The translations under genes and the position numbers were made by a program. This document shows, piece after piece, positions 27,548 through 36,267 of a stretch of 64,000 nucleotides of DNA. The first letter of the stretch is position 1, and every line of letters begins with the position of its first letter. The DNA lies in the IMG/VR virus record IMGVR_UViG_3300044712_001292, positions 39,000-102,999 of that record; one strand, written 5' to 3'. A model generated the notes under the pieces. It saw nothing but the letters and a program-made list of their open reading frames with translations, had not been told where the DNA came from and searched no databases. This DNA comes from a virus.

Positions 27548-28747
27548 ATGTCGAAGAACAAGCTCACCGCTGATCTCGATCGCCTCATCAAGCGGGCCGC
27601 CGAAGTAAAGGCGACCGGCATCAAGAAGGCCGAGGACGTCAGTGCCAAGCTGGACAAGGCCGAGGACGGCACCGTTGCCGCCACCACCGGCGCCCACGCT
27701 GCCGACAACAAGGCTGAGGCCGCCAAGATCACCGCCGGTGCTGTTGACGGTGGTGCCAAGGACAACCAGGCCAACGGCTCTGTCGCCAACAACACGGATG
27801 GCAGCAAGGCCACCGCTACCGACGGCCAGAAGGGCCCGGCTGCTGGCGAGTTCCCCATCAAGGGCGAGGCCGACAACGGCCCCACCAAGGGCGAGGGCAA
27901 GTTCGCTGGCGTCCGCAAGCTGGCGAATGACCTGCGTGCTGCCGCTGACGGTCTGCTGACCGGCTTCGACAAGTTCCTGGTCAAGTCGGCTCGCGCCTCC
28001 GAGGATAAGCAGGTCAAGACTGCTGCCGAGGGCATGGGCGACGACGAGCTGGCTGATCAGGCCTCGGATGCTCTGATGGAGCAGATCGCGGCTGGTCAGG
28101 TCAGCGACGCAGATGCCGAGCAGATCCTGCAGGAGGCGGTCCAGGCCGGCGCTATCACCCCGGACGAGCTGGAGCAGGCTGCTCAGCTCGCTCACGAGGC
28201 CAGCGGCGGTGCTGAGGCCGAGGCCGCTCCTTCTGACGAGGAGCAGATGAAGGTCGCGGCTGCTCAGATCACCCCGGAGCACCCGAAGTACCTCGAGAAG
28301 CTCGCCTCGATCTACGACGAGGATATGCGCGCTGGCTACGCCTTCTTCACCAAGCTCGCGTCGGAACTCGTGGCTGAGGCCGAGAAGGCCCCGGCTGAGG
28401 AGAAGGAAGAGAAGGCTGAGGAGGCCGCTGAGACCCCGGCCGAAGAGAAGGCTGAGGAAAAGGCTGAGGGGAAGGAAAAGGCTGCTCCGCTCGCTGGCGC
28501 TGAGACCCCGGCTGAGGAGAAGAAGGAGCAGGAGATCGTCGACGCTATGTCTGGCGTCGATCTCAAGCCCGCCGACGACGCTGAGAAGCAGGCCCTCGAG
28601 GCCGTCAAGCAGGAGCTCGGCCTGAACGACGGTCAGCTGGCCGAGATCGCTGCCGCCCCGCTGCCTGCCCCTCAGGACAAGGTGGCCGCCGCAAAGGCCA
28701 AGTACCGTTCTGCTATCATGGCCAAGGTTGCGGCCCTGAAGAAGTAA
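27548..28747 (+). CDS. Probable capsid scaffolding protein
   Basis: 399 aa, acidic and Ala-rich, strong codon bias, about ten K-x-A motifs; follows the protease. Confidence 0.75.
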   Translation: MSKNKLTADLDRLIKRAAEVKATGIKKAEDVSAKLDKAEDGTVAATTGAHAADNKAEAAKITAGAVDGGAKDNQANGSVANNTDGSKATATDGQKGPAAGEFPIKGEADNGPTKGEGKFAGVRKLANDLRAAADGLLTGFDKFLVKSARASEDKQVKTAAEGMGDDELADQASDALMEQIAAGQVSDADAEQILQEAVQAGAITPDELEQAAQLAHEASGGAEAEAAPSDEEQMKVAAAQITPEHPKYLEKLASIYDEDMRAGYAFFTKLASELVAEAEKAPAEEKEEKAEEAAETPAEEKAEEKAEGKEKAAPLAGAETPAEEKKEQEIVDAMSGVDLKPADDAEKQALEAVKQELGLNDGQLAEIAAAPLPAPQDKVAAAKAKYRSAIMAKVAALKK

Positions 28748-28772
28748 CATAATCTTCCAACAGGATACACCT

Positions 28773-29192
28773 ATGTCGTACAAGCTCCTCAAGCAGGCTG
28801 CTGACCAGCTCGATAAGCTGGCCTCCGAACTGGAGGCCAGCGAGAAGGCCCTCGCCCAGGCTACCGCCCAGGCGAAGACCGCAGCTGCTACCCCCGCACC
28901 CGTCAAGCCCAGCGAGGACGAGAAGGCTGCTCGCCTGTCTCAGGCCAAGCTCGCTGCTGACAAGCTCCTCGAGGCAGGTCTGCTGAGCAGCGCTGAAAAG
29001 CGTGATCAGTTTGCTGCCGAAATCGTCGACCCGGTCGTGGCGATCCAGAAGATCGCCAAGCTGGCGGAGACGGTCTCTGTTCCTCGGCTGGGACGCGTCG
29101 TTGTCGACGAGACTCAGACCAAGGTCGCTAGCTCCGACGACGTCTGGGCTGGTCACGTGCGTTCCGCCCTGTCCCGTCTCAACCTCAAGTAA
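28773..29192 (+). CDS. Small scaffold/core protein
   Basis: 139 aa coiled coil with many K-x-A motifs; SD AGGA. Confidence 0.75.
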   Translation: MSYKLLKQAADQLDKLASELEASEKALAQATAQAKTAAATPAPVKPSEDEKAARLSQAKLAADKLLEAGLLSSAEKRDQFAAEIVDPVVAIQKIAKLAETVSVPRLGRVVVDETQTKVASSDDVWAGHVRSALSRLNLK

Positions 29193-29224
29193 CCTCGTAG
29201 TCAGTCCTACAAGGAAGGTAAGTT

Positions 29225-29884
29225 ATGATCCAGTCCTCAATGGGAGCCCACAAGCTCGACGTCCGGTACGGCGACCGTAACACGCTGCCGTACTACAACG
29301 GTATCCTCAACAGCGCTCTGCTGTCGGACGCCGACGTCGTGGCGGCCATCTGCGCCGGTGCGGTCTACTCGATCAACACCAGCGGCCTGCTGGTCCCCGG
29401 CGTTCTCGCCGCGGCCGGCGCCAACGGCGGCACCCAGCCCTTCTACGGCTGGTCCGGCCTCGACGCCAACAACTACCCGGACGTCAAGCGTACCGCTGGT
29501 ATGCCTGGCTTCCTGGACAAGCCGCAGCCTGCTCCGGGCGGCTATCCCTCGGGAACCAACGGCTTCCCGTTCCACGGCGTTCCCACCAGTGCTGGCCTTG
29601 TTGGCGCCTTCGCCACCATCGCTCACACCTTCGCGGGCGAGCTCAGCTCGACTGAGTTCAACACCGGCGCGTCCTACACCGTCGGCGCTCCTCTGACCTG
29701 CGTCGCAGCTGACAGCGTCAACAAGACGCTGCGCGGCAAGCTCCGTCCTGTGGCTGCGGCTACCGACACCATCGTCGGCTACGTCGCTCCCGCCGGCAAG
29801 TTCCTGAGCCCGGAGGGTTACAACACCCTGGCCTTCTACCCGGCCTTCGTGCTCGGAACCACCGTTCCCGCGAGCTTCGCCTAA
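29225..29884 (+). CDS. Probable head decoration/cement protein
   Basis: 219 aa Gly-rich beta protein directly upstream of MCP; YTVGAPLT..GKL..IVGYV pattern. Confidence 0.65.
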   Translation: MIQSSMGAHKLDVRYGDRNTLPYYNGILNSALLSDADVVAAICAGAVYSINTSGLLVPGVLAAAGANGGTQPFYGWSGLDANNYPDVKRTAGMPGFLDKPQPAPGGYPSGTNGFPFHGVPTSAGLVGAFATIAHTFAGELSSTEFNTGASYTVGAPLTCVAADSVNKTLRGKLRPVAAATDTIVGYVAPAGKFLSPEGYNTLAFYPAFVLGTTVPASFA

Positions 29885-29913
29885 TCCCTGATAAACACTG
29901 AAAGGTCACTGTC

Positions 29914-30852
29914 ATGTCACAGACGAAGCTCAGCGCTGCTCAGTCCAATAAGGCCTTCTTCGGCCTGCTCGAAGCCGGGCAGACCAAGGAAGCCCAGGAT
30001 ATGGTGTCGGACTTCACCCGCATCCGTATCCGCGAGTCCAGCGCGTTCGAGAAGATCATGCCGGGTGTCAAGATCAGCAATGATCAGCTGACCCCGCAGC
30101 TCGACACCGATAAGAATGTCAAGCTGGTGGAGCGCGAGCCCGGCTCGCCCGCCGCCATCACCATTCCTCTCGGCACCCAGCCCATCCAGTACTACTTCCG
30201 CGGCGACCGCTACCCGGTGTTCTTCGACCGTATCACCACGGTCAAGTTCACCAAGGACGTCTCGGAACTCCGCACCTACTCCATGGACATCCGCCAGGTC
30301 CTCACCGACCAGGCTATCCTGGACATGGACTTCGAGTTCGACCGCAAGATGCTTGCGGCCGTCGACTCGATCGTGGGCGGTGAGGGCAGCACTGTCGCTG
30401 CTACCGGCGTCATCCAGAACCGCAAGATCGTCGACGCGCTCGGCATCACCCGCAACTCGCTCTTCGAGCTGCGCAAGATCCTGCCCTCGACCTTCGCGCA
30501 CCTGGAGACGGTGACCATCCTGGTCAACAGCATCACCATCAACGACGTCGCGAAGTTCGGTCGCGATGAGGTCGGTGGCGATCTGAGCCAGAACATGTTC
30601 ACCAACGGCTTCCAGGAGAAGAACCTCCTGGGCTGCAACTGGATCGTCAGCAACAAGACCGAGCTGATCCCGGACAACACCTTCTACCTGTTCGCCTCGC
30701 CCGAGTTCATCGGCAAGTCGTTCATCCTGGAAGAGGTCACCGTCTTCCTCGACAAGAAGGCCTACAACATCGAGTGGTTCGCCTACTGCGAGCGCGGCGC
30801 CTCGATCGGCAACCCGGCCTCGGTCGCCAAGGCCCGTATCGCGACGTCGTAA
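29914..30852 (+). CDS. Major capsid protein (HK97 fold)
   Basis: 312 aa; strongest codon bias; FTRIRIRESSAFEKIMP start and PEFIGK..IEWFAYCERGASIGN end; followed by a terminator. Confidence 0.8.
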   Translation: MSQTKLSAAQSNKAFFGLLEAGQTKEAQDMVSDFTRIRIRESSAFEKIMPGVKISNDQLTPQLDTDKNVKLVEREPGSPAAITIPLGTQPIQYYFRGDRYPVFFDRITTVKFTKDVSELRTYSMDIRQVLTDQAILDMDFEFDRKMLAAVDSIVGGEGSTVAATGVIQNRKIVDALGITRNSLFELRKILPSTFAHLETVTILVNSITINDVAKFGRDEVGGDLSQNMFTNGFQEKNLLGCNWIVSNKTELIPDNTFYLFASPEFIGKSFILEEVTVFLDKKAYNIEWFAYCERGASIGNPASVAKARIATS

Positions 30853-30875
30853 GTCGTCATACGGTAGTGGTTGTA

Positions 30876-30918
30876 GAAACCGCCCAGGGCTTTCGGCTCT
30901 GGGCGGTTTTCTTGTTTC
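30876..30918 (+). terminator. Intrinsic terminator after MCP
   Basis: GAAACCGCCCAGGGC-TTTCG-GCTCTGGGCGGTTTT then CTTGTTTC. Confidence 0.85.
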
Positions 30919-31003
30919 TGGGCCCCAGTTCATAAGTAGCACATGGCTCTTGCCCTTACTTGTATTTAGCGGAAGCTGACGGCTACTCCTGAAGGATACT
31001 CTC

Positions 31004-31603
31004 ATGCCTCTTCCCCAGCGTGTATCTCAGCCGACGCGTGACGCCCTCGCCGCCACCGTCCCCGCTTCCTATGGCGACGGCATCAGCGCTGTCGTTCTGT
31101 CGAACGCCTCTGCCGACGCTCAGCGTATGCCGCAGTCGCGCGTTCGCGCTATGCTGCGCAAGGTGACTGACCTGTACGCTCCGGCGGCTGTGGTCCTCGA
31201 CGCCGCTGTGAAGCGCGGCGTAGCCACGATCGCCGACGGTGGAACAGACGCTGTCGCCGGGACGGTGCACGGAACCCCCACGGCGCTGACCTATGACATC
31301 ACCAACACCGGCTCCGAGCTGCTGGTGCTGGGCGGTCTGACGCTGGGCACCCCTGTCAACTGCACGGTAGCCGTCGCCACCGTGTGGGCGCTGTCCCAGC
31401 CGGCCATCCTTCAGGACGGCTCGTCTTCGACCGTGTCTGAGTCGGCTCCCTCGGTCGACAACGTGCCGGTCGCTGGCGCTGGCAGCATCGTTGTCACCGT
31501 CACCCCCACCGCCGCCGGTGCGTGGTCGTGCACGATCAGCATTCCGACGAATGCGACGGGAAAGAACCCGTACAACTGGACGATGAGCGGCACAGCGACC
31601 TAA
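31004..31603 (+). CDS. Virion surface protein with C-terminal Ig-like (ASH/choice-of-anchor-D-like) domain
   Basis: ITNTGSELLVL...VTVTPTAAGAWSCTISIPTN..PYNWTMSG; SD AAGGA. Confidence 0.65.
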   Translation: MPLPQRVSQPTRDALAATVPASYGDGISAVVLSNASADAQRMPQSRVRAMLRKVTDLYAPAAVVLDAAVKRGVATIADGGTDAVAGTVHGTPTALTYDITNTGSELLVLGGLTLGTPVNCTVAVATVWALSQPAILQDGSSSTVSESAPSVDNVPVAGAGSIVVTVTPTAAGAWSCTISIPTNATGKNPYNWTMSGTAT

Positions 31604-31610
31604 TAGGTAC

Positions 31611-31647
31611 TTGCAAATCTCATGGCAGCGTGTAGTACGCTGCCATG
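31611..31647 (+). promoter_or_regulatory. Putative promoter TTGCAA-16-TAGTAC inside a hairpin that includes the start codon
   Basis: CATGGCAGCGT-GTAGT-ACGCTGCCATG (31621-31647). Confidence 0.55.
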
Positions 31648-33159
31648 ACGTCGTTTAAGGCCCTGTTCGATCAAGCCGAAGATGCCAAGCGCGCGGGACA
31701 ACACGACCGCGCGCTTGGCATTTACACGTATATTCAGAGCATTTCCGGAAGGTCTGACGCGAACGTCCATGCCGCGATTCAGCTCGGGTCCCTGTGGAAG
31801 GACCTGGGCTGCATGGACACAGCTTTCAAGGTAACGTACGAGGCGGCGCAGTCCCTTGATGCGTTGGGTAAGTACAGCGCTTCCGGCGGTATCTACACGT
31901 CGTTGGCATGTGCGGTCCTCTACGCGCCGGGCGTCACGCTCGAGAGCTATAGCAAGCTGGTACGGCGCGTGACCATGTCGTTGGATATGTCGATGCCGAA
32001 GGTTTCGCATCTGAACCATGATATGACGACACAGCGCCGACTGCGTGTAGGCATCCTCAGCCCAGATATCTGTCTCCACTCATTAGCATATCTGGTGGCG
32101 CAGCCACTGATGCGTTTTACCCGTGTTACGCCGCATGAATTGTACTTATACCACTTACGACCATCCATCGATTCCGTTACGAAGCAGGTAGGGCAGGCGG
32201 CAACGAAGCTCGTCCACGTACACGGCATGACCGACGACGCCATCGTCGACGCCATTACGGCTGACCACATCGACGTTCTCATCGATCTGTCCGGTTACAC
32301 CGCTGAGAGTCGTCTGTCCGTCTTTTGCCGACGCCCGGCCCCGGTACAGATGGGGTGGATCAGCGGAATGATGACGCCGACCGGTCTTCCGTCGCTGCCG
32401 TATTTTATGACGGATTCGTATATGCTGCCCCCGCAGCTACCTACTGGTCTGTGCATACCGATCACCGCAAAGACGGCTCTCACGTATCATACGCTGCGCA
32501 GCCAGGAGCTCGACATCGGACAACTTCCGCGAGATAAGACCGGTGTTATAAACTTCGCGAGCTTCAACAACCCGTGCAAGATCAATAACGATGTCCTGCA
32601 GGCGTGGGCCAGGATCATGCACGGGGTGCCGGGCAGCAGACTGCACCTGAAAACGTACAGTCCCATGGATTCGGCACGTATCGCCGAGTTCATGGCTAAC
32701 GCCAAGGTCGATCCGGGACGACTCGTACTGATGCCCCAGCTGCCGTCATCGACAGACGTGCAGAAGTATTACAGCGAGCGCGTCGATATCTTCCTCGACG
32801 CGTGGCCTTGCAGTGGCTGCCTGACGACAGCGGAAGCTTTATGGATGGGCGTACCCGTCGTTTCGTACTACACTGACGTATTCTGTTCGCGGCAGTCACA
32901 TTCCATCCTCAACACTATCGGTGTTACCGATCTATCACACCCGACGGTCGACGGCTACGTACAAGCAGCCGTGAATTTGGCCCGAGACGTCGGACGCTTA
33001 CGCGAGCTGAGGTCCACCCTGCGCTCACGCATGTCTCAGAGCCCGCTGTGCGACTACGACAGCATGGCTCGTGAAATAGGAAACGCCGTCGTAACTGCGT
33101 GGCAGCACGCCGCTGCCGCACGCAAAGACTCCCTTGACGCCCTGAGAAAGGCAGCCTAG
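31645..33159 (+). CDS. SPINDLY/OGT-family (GT41) protein O-glycosyltransferase with short TPR-like N-terminus
   Basis: LRVGILSPD..HS, IDVLIDLSGYT, RPAPVQ, FASFNNPCKIN, DIFLD.WP.SG..TTAEALWMGVPVV. Confidence 0.92.
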   Translation: MTSFKALFDQAEDAKRAGQHDRALGIYTYIQSISGRSDANVHAAIQLGSLWKDLGCMDTAFKVTYEAAQSLDALGKYSASGGIYTSLACAVLYAPGVTLESYSKLVRRVTMSLDMSMPKVSHLNHDMTTQRRLRVGILSPDICLHSLAYLVAQPLMRFTRVTPHELYLYHLRPSIDSVTKQVGQAATKLVHVHGMTDDAIVDAITADHIDVLIDLSGYTAESRLSVFCRRPAPVQMGWISGMMTPTGLPSLPYFMTDSYMLPPQLPTGLCIPITAKTALTYHTLRSQELDIGQLPRDKTGVINFASFNNPCKINNDVLQAWARIMHGVPGSRLHLKTYSPMDSARIAEFMANAKVDPGRLVLMPQLPSSTDVQKYYSERVDIFLDAWPCSGCLTTAEALWMGVPVVSYYTDVFCSRQSHSILNTIGVTDLSHPTVDGYVQAAVNLARDVGRLRELRSTLRSRMSQSPLCDYDSMAREIGNAVVTAWQHAAAARKDSLDALRKAA

Positions 33160-33162
33160 TAT
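33134..33162 (+). promoter_or_regulatory. Putative promoter TTGACG-17-TAGTAT, 5 nt before ATG 33168
   Basis: Near-consensus sigma70-like; fixed-spacing family. Confidence 0.6.
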
Positions 33163-33167
33163 CCGCC

Positions 33168-33857
33168 ATGATCTTCAACGACGTTGACAAAACGAAGCCC
33201 TATACGGTACTACTCGTATCGACACCCGTACGACTCGCGTGCCTGAGCTTCAGCGGCCTCGCCCGTGGTGTGTACTACATCCAGGGTGACTTTCGAAGCA
33301 AGATTTCGAAGCCGCATGATAAGCGCCTCATACAAGTCGGGGCTGTAGCCCTGCGCTACGTCGTCGGTTCCGAGGAGTTCTCCATGGGCAAGCTGGTGAG
33401 CTCGGAAGACCTCCCGGACCGGACGAGCGCACTTCCCGCTTTCAGCGATATTCCCGAACAGAAAGAGGGATCCAACGCGACAGGTATCACCGTGGCTGGC
33501 CCCACGCTGCCCCCAGTGCGCGTGGTGGAGTACAGCGCCCCGGCCCCTCTCGAGTCCATCCCTGTCGTTCAGGAAGTGGCTGCACCCGTTGTACGCGTGG
33601 CACCCGAACCTCCCGTTACCCCCGAGCTCCCGCAGGCGGTGGTTGGCGCTCTTCCGAAACTGTCCGACGATGAGCCTATCGTTGTGCTGGATGACAAGCC
33701 AAAGAAGCGCCGTGGTCGTAAGCCCAAGTCCGCCCAATCCGTTGCCTCAGCGGCAGTAGAGGCTAAGCTCGATGGGCATGATCAAGACAGCGCAACTGCT
33801 GACGAGGGCGTTCCAGCAGCGCCTAGTGAAGACCGCGTCGATCACCAAGACAGCTAA
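33168..33857 (+). CDS. Hypothetical protein with disordered C-terminus (KKRRGRKPK)
   Basis: 229 aa ORF. Confidence 0.65.
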   Translation: MIFNDVDKTKPYTVLLVSTPVRLACLSFSGLARGVYYIQGDFRSKISKPHDKRLIQVGAVALRYVVGSEEFSMGKLVSSEDLPDRTSALPAFSDIPEQKEGSNATGITVAGPTLPPVRVVEYSAPAPLESIPVVQEVAAPVVRVAPEPPVTPELPQAVVGALPKLSDDEPIVVLDDKPKKRRGRKPKSAQSVASAAVEAKLDGHDQDSATADEGVPAAPSEDRVDHQDS

Positions 33858-33918
33858 GCGCTGGCTCGACGACCAGACCCTGGTCAAGCTGTGCGCTCGT
33901 ACCAGGAAGAGGAAGTAA
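33826..33918 (+). CDS. Putative 30-aa basic micropeptide MKTASITKTAKRWLDDQTLVKLCARTRKRK (below the ORF-track cutoff)
   Basis: GTG..TAA fills the intergenic gap, ends 3 nt before the next ATG and has two KTA motifs. Confidence 0.45.
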   Translation: MKTASITKTAKRWLDDQTLVKLCARTRKRK

Positions 33919-33921
33919 GCC

Positions 33922-34950
33922 ATGAGCGTTCCTACTCGTATCACCCTGGAGCGCTCTGCGAGTCAGGTGTTCCTGGCCTTTGACCAGGATATTACACGTG
34001 TGAGCGGCATCCTGCCGTGGGACAATGGGTTCACGCTGACCGTGAACGCTGCGCCCACGGCTATCACTGTCGTCACAAAAGTCGCGAACGGCATCTGGTT
34101 TCAGACGGCGTCGCCCTTCCTCGATTCAGACACCGTTCAACTGACGTATGCCGGTAGCAACCTCGTCGACGCAGCTACATCCACCGATCCCGTAGCTGCG
34201 TTTGCTGCCACGACCGCGCCTCCCTTCTGGCTGAACGGCAACCTGGTTCGCTCGGCCCTCGTGCCGCTGGCAGCACCGGATACGATCGTCATCACGCTGC
34301 GCGACCCCGTCGCATCGCTGACCAACAACCTCAAGAATGGCCTGGCAGTCACCATCAACGCCGTGGCTGTATCGCTGACGTCAGCTGTGGTGACAGGCAC
34401 GGGCCGAACAGTTACCATCGATTTGACGAATGACGTGTCGTATAACGACACTGTTGTCGTGACGTATACGTCGGGTTCTGGCGACTGGTACGCTGTCGAA
34501 GCGAATACGGCGGTCGCCTCGTTCACTGTCACGGCAGACAACGCCAGCGTGGTCGGTACCCCTGAGTCTGAGTATCCGCTCAGCACCGTCATCGCAGAAC
34601 CGCTGGCTATCACCGATAATGTGGTGACGGCGAAGCTCACGGTGTCGCTGAATAGCGTCGATCGCGAGATCGCATCCCGGTATGCTCCGACGTTCGATCA
34701 GGGCGGCTACTACGGCCTCCCTACCGTCAATCCGCCGACGGGCTTCTTCGTCCCGAGCAAGCAGCTGCCTATCCGCGACGGTCAGGTCTACGCTTACGCG
34801 TTCTCCATCCCCGGCAACCCTCAGTGGGCGTCGCTCGCTGCGGCCGAGTGGCTGTCGACCATGGTCGCCCGCATCGGCATCTCCCTGAACACTGCTAGGG
34901 CAACCGACCAGAGCATTACACTCGGCAACCGCACGATCACACAGGTGTAA
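33922..34950 (+). CDS. Ser/Thr-rich virion protein with two SwmB-like beta repeats
   Basis: DTVQLTY..VAAF and DTVVVTY..VASF repeats. Confidence 0.65.
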   Translation: MSVPTRITLERSASQVFLAFDQDITRVSGILPWDNGFTLTVNAAPTAITVVTKVANGIWFQTASPFLDSDTVQLTYAGSNLVDAATSTDPVAAFAATTAPPFWLNGNLVRSALVPLAAPDTIVITLRDPVASLTNNLKNGLAVTINAVAVSLTSAVVTGTGRTVTIDLTNDVSYNDTVVVTYTSGSGDWYAVEANTAVASFTVTADNASVVGTPESEYPLSTVIAEPLAITDNVVTAKLTVSLNSVDREIASRYAPTFDQGGYYGLPTVNPPTGFFVPSKQLPIRDGQVYAYAFSIPGNPQWASLAAAEWLSTMVARIGISLNTARATDQSITLGNRTITQV

Positions 34951-34953
34951 GCC

Positions 34954-36237
34954 ATGGAACACCCGAAGCTGGGGATCATGTACGTAAAGGTGGCGGCAGA
35001 GTTACCTTTCAATTGGTTGCGGCCTTTCGATTCTGCCCTCAACTCCGCCACGTTACAGTGGCTGACGCCCTATATCGCCACTAAGTCATCTGAGGGTGAG
35101 TCCCCAAGAGCCGCGCCGACACAGCAAGCTCCGACGCCCGCGCCAGCCCCTCGGCAGGCACAGCCGGCACCGACTCCTCCGGCGGCACCGGCTTCGCAGG
35201 CTGCGCCTACACCACCAGCCGCTCCGGCTGGTCCAGTGGCCCCGCCGCAGGCTCCCGCAGAAAGCCCAGTGCAGACGCTGCTGAACGGCGGTCGTACGGT
35301 GGACGGTACGTTCGTCCCGTTGACACTGCAGGAACGTACACGGCTGTGGAACAGCCTTGGACCGCCGGCTACTCCAGGCAAGCGTCCCGGCCTGTCTCCG
35401 GCACAGCGCGATATACTGCGTGCACGCGAGCAGGAGCGCCTCGACACAGATAGGATGATCGCTACAGAGGTAGCTCGTCAGAAGATCAACCGTTCGATCG
35501 CGAAGTCACGCGGTGAAGCCTATACCGGCCGGGATGACCAGTTCGGCATCTTTAATGACACTGACCCGAGAACCGGTAACCGTAAATTCGAGATAGACCC
35601 GAAAACGGGTAGGCCCGTGTCTGTTTACGGTGGGCTTTTACCACAGGCACCGTTGACGACCCCACAGCAGGTGCAGAGCTACGCGCTGAAGCGACTTGCC
35701 CCTCAGACAGCTACCCCAACCGCCGGTGCCGACGCTCGCGCTGTTGCCGGCATGATTCAGAAGGACTTCGAACAGAAGCAAGACGAGCGCCGCGCCCGGC
35801 TGTTGGCAAATTCGCGACGGTCGCCCTACGGCCCTGGTGCAGCACAGTGGACGCCGGGTGGCACGAACCTGACGAGGACGCAGGAAGCGAACGCCATAAA
35901 CCGCTACCTCGATAGCGAGCGCCGCCGCACAGACGGATGGGATCCGGACGAGGCTTGGCTCCAGTCGTCAGACGCACGGGAGCTAGGCAATCGGGCCCGT
36001 GTCGTGCGGCAGGGTGATCCGTCGATGACTGAGTATGACTCCATCCGTCAGGTCCAGGGTGCGCCAGCCCGCTTCGACGCGTATAAGGAGGAAGCCGCTC
36101 GTCGTATGGCTGGTCCTGCCGAATATCCCGCCCAGCCGCCTGTAGCAACTCAGCAGCTGCCTGCTGCGAAGCCTATGGCACCCACCCCGTTGGCGAAGCC
36201 GCCGCAGATCTCTCGTGCTGGATTCCGTCGTCAGTGA
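34954..36237 (+). CDS. Pro-rich hypothetical virion protein
   Basis: 427 aa; N-terminal LGIMYVKVAAE leader. Confidence 0.7.
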   Translation: MEHPKLGIMYVKVAAELPFNWLRPFDSALNSATLQWLTPYIATKSSEGESPRAAPTQQAPTPAPAPRQAQPAPTPPAAPASQAAPTPPAAPAGPVAPPQAPAESPVQTLLNGGRTVDGTFVPLTLQERTRLWNSLGPPATPGKRPGLSPAQRDILRAREQERLDTDRMIATEVARQKINRSIAKSRGEAYTGRDDQFGIFNDTDPRTGNRKFEIDPKTGRPVSVYGGLLPQAPLTTPQQVQSYALKRLAPQTATPTAGADARAVAGMIQKDFEQKQDERRARLLANSRRSPYGPGAAQWTPGGTNLTRTQEANAINRYLDSERRRTDGWDPDEAWLQSSDARELGNRARVVRQGDPSMTEYDSIRQVQGAPARFDAYKEEAARRMAGPAEYPAQPPVATQQLPAAKPMAPTPLAKPPQISRAGFRRQ

Positions 36238-36267
36238 CGAGAGTATGCATGGCACGTAAGGCCATCT

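Noticed and set aside
27527-31005. Long minus-strand ORFs (27527..28906, 29917..31005) and similar ones such as 2330..3142 and 6625..7638
   Set aside because: Antisense shadows of strongly codon-biased GC-rich genes; no motifs or RBS
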